64,000 bases of DNA from Candidatus Eiseniibacteriota bacterium (GTDB lineage: Bacteria > Eisenbacteria > RBG-16-71-46 > CAIMUX01 > VGJL01), in the NCBI GenBank assembly GCA_041946735.1, contig JBHGAY010000024.1:1-64000 (forward strand), read 5' to 3'. The notes under the pieces are model-generated. The model did not search any database, had not been told where the DNA came from, and saw nothing but the letters and a program-made list of their open reading frames with translations. Position numbers and translations under genes: made by a program. Shown one piece after another: positions 1 through 8,799 of this stretch; the first letter of the stretch is position 1, and each line of letters starts with the position of its first letter.

Positions 1-320
1 AGTTCCGTTGCGATCTCTCTCCCAGTGCACCGACTCACAGCAAGAGAGATGCCGAGGAGTCCCAGCAAACGAACAACGCTGCAAGAGGCTACGCAACGCA
101 ACGCTGCGGCTGTACCGGCGCCGATCGCCGCCTGCCTGGTCTCGAACAGCGGCGTCGAGGATCAGACGAATCGTCAAAACGCCGACGCCTCGCCGTGTCC
201 CTATGGATGCATGTATATACGGATGGATGGGCTCGGGTGCTCGGCGCGAACGGACGCGCCAATCGGGCGAGGCGGCCGGCTCAGCCGCCCGGCCCCCGAT
301 TCCCTGCGGTCACCTCGCGG

Positions 321-1058
321 TTACCCGGCCGTCTCCCTCGACAGCTTGTCGAGCCACGCGAGGACGGCGCCTGCGAACGAATCGTAGGCGACACCGTCGA
401 CCCGCCAGGTCGCCGCATCGTCTTGCACGAACCCGCTCGCCTCGATCGCCTCCGCCGCCTCGAGCGCGCCGGCCAGATCACCTCGAACGGCCTTGGTGTA
501 CGCCATGATCAACCGCAGATCGTCGGCGTTGAAGGTGGCGCGATGCAGAAAGACGTAGGCCGGCTCCAGCGCAAGCGCGCCTGCCGCCGCTTCTGCGGCA
601 ACGTCGAGGCTGTCCCATCCGTACGCGAGCAGAACGGCGGCGCGGCCGGCGAGCGCGTCGGGGTCCCCCGCCGAGCGCCGCAGAGCCTCGCCAAATCGAG
701 CGAGCGCGAGGCTCCTCGGGGCCTCTCCCTGCGCGAGGGCCAGACGGGTCCACCCTTCCCCGACGTACGCCGGCTCGTACTCCGGATCCTTCCCGATCGC
801 CCTCTGGAAGCACTCGAGCGCCTCGGGCATCTTCCCGTCTTCGTAAGCATCCCATCCAGCCGCCGTGATCTGCTCGGCGGTCTCCTCCGGAGGCCGGGAC
901 GATTCGTCGTCCCCGCAACCGATGGGGAGCACGCACAAGGCACCGAGCACGCACAGAGAGGCAAGCCACAACACGCCGAACGACGTGCAGGCACCGCCGC
1001 GCACGCCCGGCGCGCGGAGGGCGCAAAGGGCACAAAGCGTCCGGAACAAGCGGATCAT
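321..1058 (-). CDS. TPR-repeat putative lipoprotein
   Basis: C-terminal part of ORF 321..2594. ATG at 1058 overlaps the upstream stop (ATGA). Hydrophobic stretch ending LPIGC (lipobox-like), then TPR-like helices (GWDAYEDGKMPEALECFQRAIGKDPEYEPAYVGEGW). Confidence 0.75.
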   Translation of the reverse strand: MIRLFRTLCALCALRAPGVRGGACTSFGVLWLASLCVLGALCVLPIGCGDDESSRPPEETAEQITAAGWDAYEDGKMPEALECFQRAIGKDPEYEPAYVGEGWTRLALAQGEAPRSLALARFGEALRRSAGDPDALAGRAAVLLAYGWDSLDVAAEAAAGALALEPAYVFLHRATFNADDLRLIMAYTKAVRGDLAGALEAAEAIEASGFVQDDAATWRVDGVAYDSFAGAVLAWLDKLSRETAG

Positions 1059-2722
1059 TTCGCGTTCCTCCTTGGATGCTCGAAGACGACCGCTGTCTCG
1101 GCCTCCCCCTCGAGGCTTCCGTTCGAGCCGTGCGCCTGCACGAGCGCGCTCGCCTTGCCGAACGCCAGATGAGCGGAACCGCGGTACAGCGGCCGCCCCG
1201 GCTGCCCGGTCCCGCCGGGGACCTCCTCCATCTCGATGGCCGTCCCGTCCACCACGACCGTCAAGGACGTAAGAGGCTGATCCGCCGTCACGAGGATCTG
1301 GAGCGACTGCGGACGGCCCGGATTGCGGAGCACGGCGAGCCCGAGCAGCGGCGCGGTCGCCGGCTCGATCGTGAAGCCCCCGACGTTGAATCGCCACGTC
1401 GTCTCGCGGCCATCGAAGGCGCCGACCTCGAGCCAAGCTTCGTCGCGCGGCGGTCCCGGGACGAGCCACTCGTAGCGTCCGGTGTTCGGCTGGTCCAGCG
1501 CGATCGGGATCCACGTGCGCAGCCGATCGATCGAGTAGCGCAGCGAGACGAGGATGTCTTCCGCAGGCGTGTCGCCGTCCGTGACCTCGTAGCGGATCGT
1601 CTGCACGGTCCCCACCTTCCACCGCTCTCCGCCCGCCGGCGAGACCACCTTCACTCCCGGCGGTCCGAGGATCGTGAAGTCCGCGTCGGACTCGTCCGAG
1701 ACGTGATGCTCGCCGTCCGATACCGTCGCTCGCAGGCGCGCGTGGTTGGTGGCGAGAAAGGGATAGATGAGCCAGCTGTACTCGCCCGTGTTCCTCTCCG
1801 GCCCGCCATAGAGCCTTTCCCACGTCGCGCCGCTGTTGATGGAGACGTCGAAGACGAGAGTGAGATCGGTCAGAGGCGTATCGGGGTCGTTCGCCTCGTA
1901 GGTGACGTCCGCCGGCCAGCCCGCCTCCCAGGCTTCTCCCCCGTTCGGAGCGAGCAGGGTCAGCGTGGGTGGCTGCGTCGTGATCGTCAGGTCGCTCTCC
2001 ATCGCGTCGGTCGCATCGCTGCCTCCGTCGGTCACCGTGACCCGGATCCGCCCGTGCGCCGTCGCCGGCCCGCGAACCCACCAGACATGGCTCCCGGTTG
2101 CGCGCTCGCGCTCGACGATCGGAGACCACGTCCATCCGCCATCCGGCGAGAAGTGGATCGAAACTAGGAGCAGGCCGAGCGGCGTGTCCGGATCGCTCGC
2201 CTCGTACGCGATCGTCACCGCGGTCCAGGCCTCCCAGATCTCGCCTCCTCGGGGCGAGAGGAGCGCGACCGAGGGAGGCGCCGGGCCTCCGCCTTCGGGC
2301 CAGGTGACCGTCAGCCGGTAGGAGCGCTCGGCATCGTGCGCGCCTCCCACTCCGTGGACGAGGACGTAGAAGCGCCCGGTGCGATAGGGAGCGAGCAGCA
2401 ACTCCTCGCTCTCCACGCCCGGCCGGTCTGAGCGCCAGCCGTCGAACGTCTCCACCTCCCCGGTCATCGTGTTCCTCCAGAACAGGGCGACCGCGTAGTC
2501 GCCGGGGAGATCCTCCAGCCGGATCCGCGTGACCCATCCCGTCCGGTACGTCTCGAAGGCGTACCAGTCGAGATCGCCTGCCGCGGAGATCCACGATTCC
2601 GTCGTCACATCGTTTCCGATCGGCGCCGCCGTCTCCGGAGTGTCGTTCGGCTCGAAACTGTCGGCGAAGGCGCTCCCCGCCAAGACGCAGAGGAGCACGA
2701 GCGTCGTGAGAAGCGACATCAT
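1055..2722 (-). CDS. Secreted protein with PPC (pre-peptidase C-terminal)-like domain and three Ig-like repeats
   Basis: Signal peptide MMSLLTTLVLLCVLAGSAFA; DSFEPNDT...GDLDWYAF PPC-like motif; three repeats beginning L-x-S/A-P-x-GGE-x-W; ATGA overlap with upstream gene. Confidence 0.75.
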   Translation of the reverse strand: MMSLLTTLVLLCVLAGSAFADSFEPNDTPETAAPIGNDVTTESWISAAGDLDWYAFETYRTGWVTRIRLEDLPGDYAVALFWRNTMTGEVETFDGWRSDRPGVESEELLLAPYRTGRFYVLVHGVGGAHDAERSYRLTVTWPEGGGPAPPSVALLSPRGGEIWEAWTAVTIAYEASDPDTPLGLLLVSIHFSPDGGWTWSPIVERERATGSHVWWVRGPATAHGRIRVTVTDGGSDATDAMESDLTITTQPPTLTLLAPNGGEAWEAGWPADVTYEANDPDTPLTDLTLVFDVSINSGATWERLYGGPERNTGEYSWLIYPFLATNHARLRATVSDGEHHVSDESDADFTILGPPGVKVVSPAGGERWKVGTVQTIRYEVTDGDTPAEDILVSLRYSIDRLRTWIPIALDQPNTGRYEWLVPGPPRDEAWLEVGAFDGRETTWRFNVGGFTIEPATAPLLGLAVLRNPGRPQSLQILVTADQPLTSLTVVVDGTAIEMEEVPGGTGQPGRPLYRGSAHLAFGKASALVQAHGSNGSLEGEAETAVVFEHPRRNAK

Positions 2723-5700
2723 CGCGTCACCAGGACTTTCCGCACCCACGCGCCCGACGGCGTGGTCAGCCGCAGCGCGTAGAGCCCCGCGGCGAGCGGA
2801 CGGCCTTCGCCATCCCTCGCCTCCCATAGAAAGTCGTGACGGCCGGGCTCGAAGCGCTCGTTGCGCAGCGTCGCGATCAATCGTCCCTGGAGATCGAGCA
2901 GATCGAGCCGGACCTCGGAAGCGGCTTCTGCGGCGGGAACCGTGAAGCGGATCGTGGCCCGCCCGCGCACCGGATGCGGCGCGGGAAGCTCGAGCCCCGG
3001 CCGCACGAGGACAGGTTCTCCGCTCCATTCCCCGAGACGCGCCTCGACCGGCTGCGTCTCGCCGGCGAGATGGACGAGCAGCGTGTAGACCGAGACGACG
3101 CCGCGCGGCGGCGCCGTGTCGAGGAACTCGCACCGCTCGCACGCCGGCAGACGCTCCGCGTTCAGCCGCACGCTCGTGCCTCCGCTCGCGCGCTGGACGT
3201 CGAACCCCTCGGGATCGACGTCCCCCGGCATGGACCAAAGCAGGCGCACGCCCTCCGGCGTCCCCTCCACGCGAGCGTCCTGCACGAGGACCGGAGAGAA
3301 CTCGCAAATGTCTTCGATGTCGGGGAATGTCTCGGGGCAGCCCGGCGGATCAGGTTCGGAGTCGCCGGGAACGTAGAGGCAGCTATCACATTCCGTGACG
3401 TCTCCTCCCGCGCGGTGGAGATAGAGTCTGAACGATTCGCTTTCGGTCGCGTTGCACCGGAACAAGAGGCTGTCTTCGGGGATCGCCGCCCAGGGCTCGT
3501 CCCCGTATCCCTTGACGCAGATTCCTTCCGACGGATCGAGATAGAGATGGATCGGCATGTCGCTCGCGAACGCGTTGCCCACCATCCGGAAATGCCCGGC
3601 GTTCGCCTCGCGCACTCCGTCGACCGCGAGGCAGGCCTGCAGGCCGGCGCCGAGGAAGCGGTTGCCGATCAGGTCGAACGATCCCTTCAAATGGACGTTC
3701 TCGGGCATGGCGCACATCATCCCGCTCACGTCGGTGAAGTCGTTGTTCTCGATCCGCGTCGGCCCTTCGGCGAACAGATAGGGAGTGTCGGAGCCGCAGC
3801 AATTGTCGAAGCGGTTGCCGGTCACCTCGCCGCGGACTGCTCCCATGCGCCACCGGCCCAGCCAGGCGAACCCGGGCCAGTTCTCTTGTACCCGGTTGCC
3901 GCGAATCACCCCGTCCGCGACGAGACCGGCACACGACTGGGCCGAGTTGTGCGCGATGTCATTGCCCTCGAGCCAGCAGTCGAGGCAGAACAGGCCGCCG
4001 GCGACGCCGGTAATCCCGGGATCGGTGGACCAGAGGTTGGCCGGCTCGCCCCCCTCCCCCGCATCGTTGTTGAAAACCAGGTTGCCAAGGATTCGCGCGC
4101 CGCCGCTCGCCGCGTAGATCCCGGCTCCTTTCGGGCCGTCGTTGTCGACCACGCGGTTGCCACGCAACATCGCCGGCGCCTCGCACAGGATGCCACCCGC
4201 CATGCCATCGGAGATCTGCAGGCTCTCCACGACGGCCAGGGGACCCGCCTCCTCGAGGATCCGTACGACCGGGGACAGAGGAACGGAGGGTCGCACGACC
4301 GGCAGGAGGTAGCCGTTCGGCACCCCGCGCAAGCGCAGCGGCTTGTCGAGGACGAGGTTGCCGACCCACGCGCGCTCGGCCACCTGAATCTCTGCGCAAG
4401 GCGGCGCGGCGTCGATCGCTTCGAAGATGCTCGGCTGATCCTCCGGCACACGGATGACCTCCGGAGCGCCGAGGAACAGGGCGGGCCGGACCGAGATCGT
4501 GTCGCCGCCCGGCAGGGCCGCCTCCAGGTCGTAGGGACCGGACGGCGCGGAGCCAAGATCCACGCGGACGTGAAGCGTCTCCGCCCCGGCCCTGCGAAGG
4601 ATCTCGACGGGCAGGACGACCGATTCGTCCGCCTCGCTCCGGAGGGCGAGCTCGATCTGCGCCGGCAGAGCGCGACCGGCGATCGCCCCCTCGTACGGCC
4701 CCGGCTCCCCCACCCACCCGTCGAAGAAGCCGACGATGCTCGCCGGGGAGACTCGGATGCCTTCCACACGCAGGTCGCCGGACGTCGCGGTGCGAACGAC
4801 GAGCGTCCAGTCGCCGTCCGCCGCGCCGCTCAGATCGAACCGGGCGGTCAGCCAGGTCCCCTCGAGGGCCAGCGGCGCGGAGGCGATGCTCTCGCCTCCG
4901 GGGCCCTCGAGCGAGGCATCGAGAGCCTCCTCCAGTCCGTAACCGTAGAGGCGGATCGCCTGATCCGGCGCCGGCTCGACGCGCAACGGCCGCATCGCGA
5001 TCGCGATCGGACCGGCGCACCCGACCGGCAGCGATCCGATTGGCCCGCAGATCTGGTCCGTCCACGCCGGCGAGCTCTCGTGCACCGACTCGGGATCGCC
5101 GGGGCAGATCCGAGGATCGGCGACGACGTCCGCGCCTTGCTTCTCCCATGTCTCCTCGACCTGCGGCGACAGCCCTCGCCAGAACAGGTTGCAGGAGGAG
5201 AGCGAGCCCTCCGCGACCAGGACGAACTTTCCGCTGCCCGGCCCGTCGGCGAAGAGGCAGTTGCGCATCGCGACCGGCACGTCGGAGGAGATCGCGTACC
5301 CGCTCTGCGCCTCGTTGCCGAGGAAGGAACAGCGATCGAACTCGATCTGATAGAACTCCAGGCCGCCCGCCGTGACGCGCGAGTCCTTTTCCGCCGTCCA
5401 GTCCCCGCTCGCGCCCACCGCGCCGCCGAATCCGGTGCCGGCTCCCGACAGCCGGTTGCGCGCGAACAGGCAGTCCGCGAAGCGTGCCGTCATCTCTCCG
5501 ACGCACTGGACGGCGCCGCCCAGCGTCGGGTCGTCGCAGTCGACCGTCGCCTCGTTGTCTCGGAAAGCGCAGCCCTGCACGCTCAGCGATCCTCCCTCTT
5601 GCCGGAGGGCCGCGCCTCCGAGCGCCGCGCTCCCGTTGTGGAACGCAAGTCCCTGGATCGCCAGCGAAACGGCCCCCGCATCGACGATCCTGTGCGCTCC

Positions 5701-6018
5701 CTCGCCGTCGAGGATCGTGGCGGCCGCTCCGTCCCGCCCGCGCAGTGTGAGCGGGATCGTGATCGCCAGCGACTCCGGGTAGGACCCCGGCGCGATCTCG
5801 ATCGTGTCCTGCGGCGCCGCGGCGTCGATCGCTCCCCGAATCGTCGAGTACGGTCCGTTCAGGGGATCGACGACGAGGACGTTCGAGCGGACGGGCGGGG
5901 CGGCGAAGAGGGCGACGAGGACAATGACCAGGAAGCAGAGCAGGACGAGGGGAACGGAGGCCGAGGCGAGATCGGCGAGGCGAGCAGGAGCATCGGACGG
6001 TCCGGCACGGTTCGACAT
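2719..6018 (-). CDS. Secreted right-handed beta-helix repeat protein with C-terminal FlgD-Ig/T9SS-like domain
   Basis: RBS AAGGAG before ATG 6018; hydrophobic leader; YSTIRGAIDAA and PSIFEAIDAA beta-helix starts; C-terminal LDLQGRLIATL...WEARDGEGRPLAAGLYALRL. Confidence 0.8.
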   Translation of the reverse strand: MSNRAGPSDAPARLADLASASVPLVLLCFLVIVLVALFAAPPVRSNVLVVDPLNGPYSTIRGAIDAAAPQDTIEIAPGSYPESLAITIPLTLRGRDGAAATILDGEGAHRIVDAGAVSLAIQGLAFHNGSAALGGAALRQEGGSLSVQGCAFRDNEATVDCDDPTLGGAVQCVGEMTARFADCLFARNRLSGAGTGFGGAVGASGDWTAEKDSRVTAGGLEFYQIEFDRCSFLGNEAQSGYAISSDVPVAMRNCLFADGPGSGKFVLVAEGSLSSCNLFWRGLSPQVEETWEKQGADVVADPRICPGDPESVHESSPAWTDQICGPIGSLPVGCAGPIAIAMRPLRVEPAPDQAIRLYGYGLEEALDASLEGPGGESIASAPLALEGTWLTARFDLSGAADGDWTLVVRTATSGDLRVEGIRVSPASIVGFFDGWVGEPGPYEGAIAGRALPAQIELALRSEADESVVLPVEILRRAGAETLHVRVDLGSAPSGPYDLEAALPGGDTISVRPALFLGAPEVIRVPEDQPSIFEAIDAAPPCAEIQVAERAWVGNLVLDKPLRLRGVPNGYLLPVVRPSVPLSPVVRILEEAGPLAVVESLQISDGMAGGILCEAPAMLRGNRVVDNDGPKGAGIYAASGGARILGNLVFNNDAGEGGEPANLWSTDPGITGVAGGLFCLDCWLEGNDIAHNSAQSCAGLVADGVIRGNRVQENWPGFAWLGRWRMGAVRGEVTGNRFDNCCGSDTPYLFAEGPTRIENNDFTDVSGMMCAMPENVHLKGSFDLIGNRFLGAGLQACLAVDGVREANAGHFRMVGNAFASDMPIHLYLDPSEGICVKGYGDEPWAAIPEDSLLFRCNATESESFRLYLHRAGGDVTECDSCLYVPGDSEPDPPGCPETFPDIEDICEFSPVLVQDARVEGTPEGVRLLWSMPGDVDPEGFDVQRASGGTSVRLNAERLPACERCEFLDTAPPRGVVSVYTLLVHLAGETQPVEARLGEWSGEPVLVRPGLELPAPHPVRGRATIRFTVPAAEAASEVRLDLLDLQGRLIATLRNERFEPGRHDFLWEARDGEGRPLAAGLYALRLTTPSGAWVRKVLVTR

Positions 6019-6124
6019 GGCTCTCTCCTTTGGCAATGGAGGCGGCAGAGCGCTATTCGTTCGCAGCATCGATTGTATTCCACGGCGGAGCGTGCGGGAA
6101 ATGGGAACCTCGATGGAAAGCCGA

Positions 6125-6220
6125 AGTCGACGGGAAAGTCGACGGGAGAGCCAACGGGAGAGTCGATGGTGGAGTCGATCGGTGGAGTCGATGGTCGAGT
6201 CGATCGGTGGAGTCGAACGG
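6125..6220. repeat. Eight degenerate 12-13 bp tandem repeats (AGTCGA-core)
   Basis: agtcgacgggaa/agtcgacgggag/agccaacgggag/agtcgatggtgg/agtcgatcggtgg/agtcgatggtcg/agtcgatcggtgg/agtcgaacgg, read directly. Confidence 0.85.
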
Positions 6221-6305
6221 CTAAAGCGACGACGCGGCGCCGCTGCCCGGGATCGACTCCCGGCAGTGGCGCCGCGCCGTTTTTCGAGGGCGATCCGTTC
6301 CGCGC

Positions 6306-8696
6306 TTACCCGCGCTTCGCGAACGCCTCCGCGTAGCGCTTCACGGCCGCGTATTGCGAGGCGCCGTCCAGTCCCGCCTCCTCGAGCACCTTCGCCGCCT
6401 GCCCGCTTCCCGGATAGCGGCCCTTCCAGAAGGCATGCAGCGAGTGCGCCCGCCCGAAGTCGGATCCGACCCAGCGGTACATCGTCGGCATCGTGAAGCC
6501 GGTGATCCCCATCGCCTCCGCCGCCCGCTCGGGCGGGAAGATCTTGTGCTGCTCCTCGATCGGGAGCAGATCGAACAGTTCCGCGCTGGTCACGAGGTAG
6601 ACGTTCATGCGCAGGCCGTCGGCGTGGAGCTTCGGCAGCACCTCGTCGACGAACGCGTACGCGACGCCGCTCTCCTGCAGGACAATGGTGCCGTGGTACG
6701 GCTTCCCCTTCGGGTCGGCCGTCCGAAGCGCGTAGATCCCCTTCGCCGCCATCGTCGCGGGCGGAATCCCGAGCGCGCCGCGATCGGGGACCTTCTCGGT
6801 CGGCCGCGTCACGAATGGAGCGAGCACGGCAGGCCGCGCCGCCAGTCCCGCGATCGTGAGCGGCCAGAGCTCCTGCGGCTCCCACGGCGTGAGCGTGATC
6901 GCGACGCCCTTCGGGAAGTTCTCCTGCAGGAGCTGGAGCGCCTGCGGATCGGCGTGCGTCGGACCGTCCTCTCCCGTCTTCAGCCCGGCATGCGCGCACA
7001 CGATCATCATCGTCTTCATCGGATCGCCCGACATCTCGTGGCGCGCCTGCTGCCCGATCCCATGGAGCCGGCCGGCGACGTGCTGGAGAGCCGCGATGAA
7101 CGCGGCGTACGAGGAGCCGACTCCGATGTGGGCGCCGTACGTCGATACTCCGGCGAGGAAAGCGCCCATCGTGTCTTCGCAGATCCCGCCGGTCGCGACG
7201 AGACGCGCTCCCGGATTCGTCTGCGAGTTGTAGAAGCCTTCGGCGAATCCCTTGCCTGCGTTGCTGACGCTCGTCGATCCGAGGAGATCGGCGGCGGCGG
7301 CGAGGATCGCCCCCTTCGTCGCCTTGTTCAGGTAGCTGAGCGTGTCGCCGAGCGCGCCGCGCAGGGTCGAGTCGCTTCCCGGCTTCAGAGTCAGCTCCGG
7401 CGGGATGGCGTTGGCCTGGATCGATCCGGCATAGAGCGGACCGAGATCCGGCTTCTCGGGGCGCGGGACGCGACGGGCGCGCGCCAGGGACTCCTTCCGC
7501 TCGAGGAGCGAAGCGGCGAGCGTCTTGCCCAGCCCCTTCTCGACGATCCCCCGGAACACGAGCAGCGTCTTCCAGAACGCCGCCTCCGCTTGCTCATCGT
7601 CCATCTTCCCCTCGAAGTGCGGGAAGTTGACGCCGAAGCGCTCCTCACACTCCTTGAGCGAAGCGTAGAACTCGGGCGAGCAGAACTTGTGCCCGGCGCC
7701 ATGCGAAGCGCGCCCCTCGATCCCGTAGCGCCATCCCTTCGTAGTCCGGTAGACGATCGCCGTCGGCTGCCCGTTGCCGAGCGCCTTCGCCGCCTGTTGC
7801 GCGGCCAGGATCTGACGCCAGTCGCGTCCGTCGTCGACGCGGAGAGCGTTCCAGTCGTGCAGGTACGCCATCTCGAGCGGATTCCACTGCACGTAGTCGC
7901 CCGGCGCGTCTCCATCCCGGCAGACGCGGTTGGAGTCGATGCTCGCCTGGTTCCAGTCGACGTGCAGGAACGCGTTGCCGAGGCTGGCGGACGCGGCGGT
8001 CGCGAGCGCTTCGCTCACGCGTCCCGGCGTCATGCCGCCTTCGCCTTCGAGCAGGTGCACGCGCGGCGCGGCCTGCGGGCCGTAGGCGTCCATCGCGCCC
8101 ATCGCGAGGCCGAGACCGGCGGGAACGCCGACGCCCGAGGCGCCGGTCGCGATCCGGACGCCTGGCGTCGTCGGCGTCGGGTGGCCGTCGAGCGCCTTCG
8201 AGCGGAACTCGCGGAACAGAGGGGTGCGGGTGGTCGGATTGCGGCGGAAGCCGAGCAGATCCTCGAGGCGAAGCTGCAGGCGATCCTCGCGCGGCAAGAG
8301 CTGCGGAGCGCCGGCGCGCGCAACCTCGTTGCGAAGCGCCCACATGGCATAGAGACCCATCGCCTTGTGCCCGGCCGCGTAGACGAGCAGGTCGTTGGCG
8401 GGATCGTCGGGACTTGCGAGGTCGTAGTCGAGTCCGCCGAAGAGCAGAGAGGTGACGATCCGGCCCGAAGAGATCGATCCGCCCGGATGCCCGGAGGTCG
8501 GGACGTAGTTGTAGAGCACGCCGCATAGAGCGCGGTAGAGGCAGTCGTAACGCTCGAGAGCATCGATCTGCTCGGCCGGCGGGTCGCGAAAGGCGAGCTT
8601 GCCCTCGGCGAGAGCGGCGGTCACCGGAACGTAGACGGCGCGGCGGGCGCCGAAGGAGAGCTTCTGCGCGGCGGGATGGCTGGCGCTCATCATCAT
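6306..8696 (-). CDS. tkt: Transketolase-family TPP enzyme (divergent, long form)
   Basis: SGHPGGS, AAGHKA, LDGHP, TPP motif variant GEG...WN, and GEDGPTHADP (cf. transketolase GEDGPTHQP). Confidence 0.8.
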   Translation of the reverse strand: MMMSASHPAAQKLSFGARRAVYVPVTAALAEGKLAFRDPPAEQIDALERYDCLYRALCGVLYNYVPTSGHPGGSISSGRIVTSLLFGGLDYDLASPDDPANDLLVYAAGHKAMGLYAMWALRNEVARAGAPQLLPREDRLQLRLEDLLGFRRNPTTRTPLFREFRSKALDGHPTPTTPGVRIATGASGVGVPAGLGLAMGAMDAYGPQAAPRVHLLEGEGGMTPGRVSEALATAASASLGNAFLHVDWNQASIDSNRVCRDGDAPGDYVQWNPLEMAYLHDWNALRVDDGRDWRQILAAQQAAKALGNGQPTAIVYRTTKGWRYGIEGRASHGAGHKFCSPEFYASLKECEERFGVNFPHFEGKMDDEQAEAAFWKTLLVFRGIVEKGLGKTLAASLLERKESLARARRVPRPEKPDLGPLYAGSIQANAIPPELTLKPGSDSTLRGALGDTLSYLNKATKGAILAAAADLLGSTSVSNAGKGFAEGFYNSQTNPGARLVATGGICEDTMGAFLAGVSTYGAHIGVGSSYAAFIAALQHVAGRLHGIGQQARHEMSGDPMKTMMIVCAHAGLKTGEDGPTHADPQALQLLQENFPKGVAITLTPWEPQELWPLTIAGLAARPAVLAPFVTRPTEKVPDRGALGIPPATMAAKGIYALRTADPKGKPYHGTIVLQESGVAYAFVDEVLPKLHADGLRMNVYLVTSAELFDLLPIEEQHKIFPPERAAEAMGITGFTMPTMYRWVGSDFGRAHSLHAFWKGRYPGSGQAAKVLEEAGLDGASQYAAVKRYAEAFAKRG

Positions 8697-8799
8697 CCTC
8701 CCTTCCCCATGCCAGGCGGCTGTTGAAGAATCCCTTATGCAGCGTAGCCGAGCTTCGCTTCCGGGACAAGCGGGAAGCGACCGCGCGGAGGTTGTCGGC

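Noticed and set aside
1..320. Short plus-strand ORFs and an AT-richer patch (ATGGATGCATGTATATACGGATGG)
   Set aside because: No recognisable protein or RNA motif; probably intergenic/promoter DNA for a gene outside the window.
6125..6220. Possible CRISPR array
   Set aside because: Units are 12-13 bp, contiguous and lack unique spacers; no cas genes in the window.
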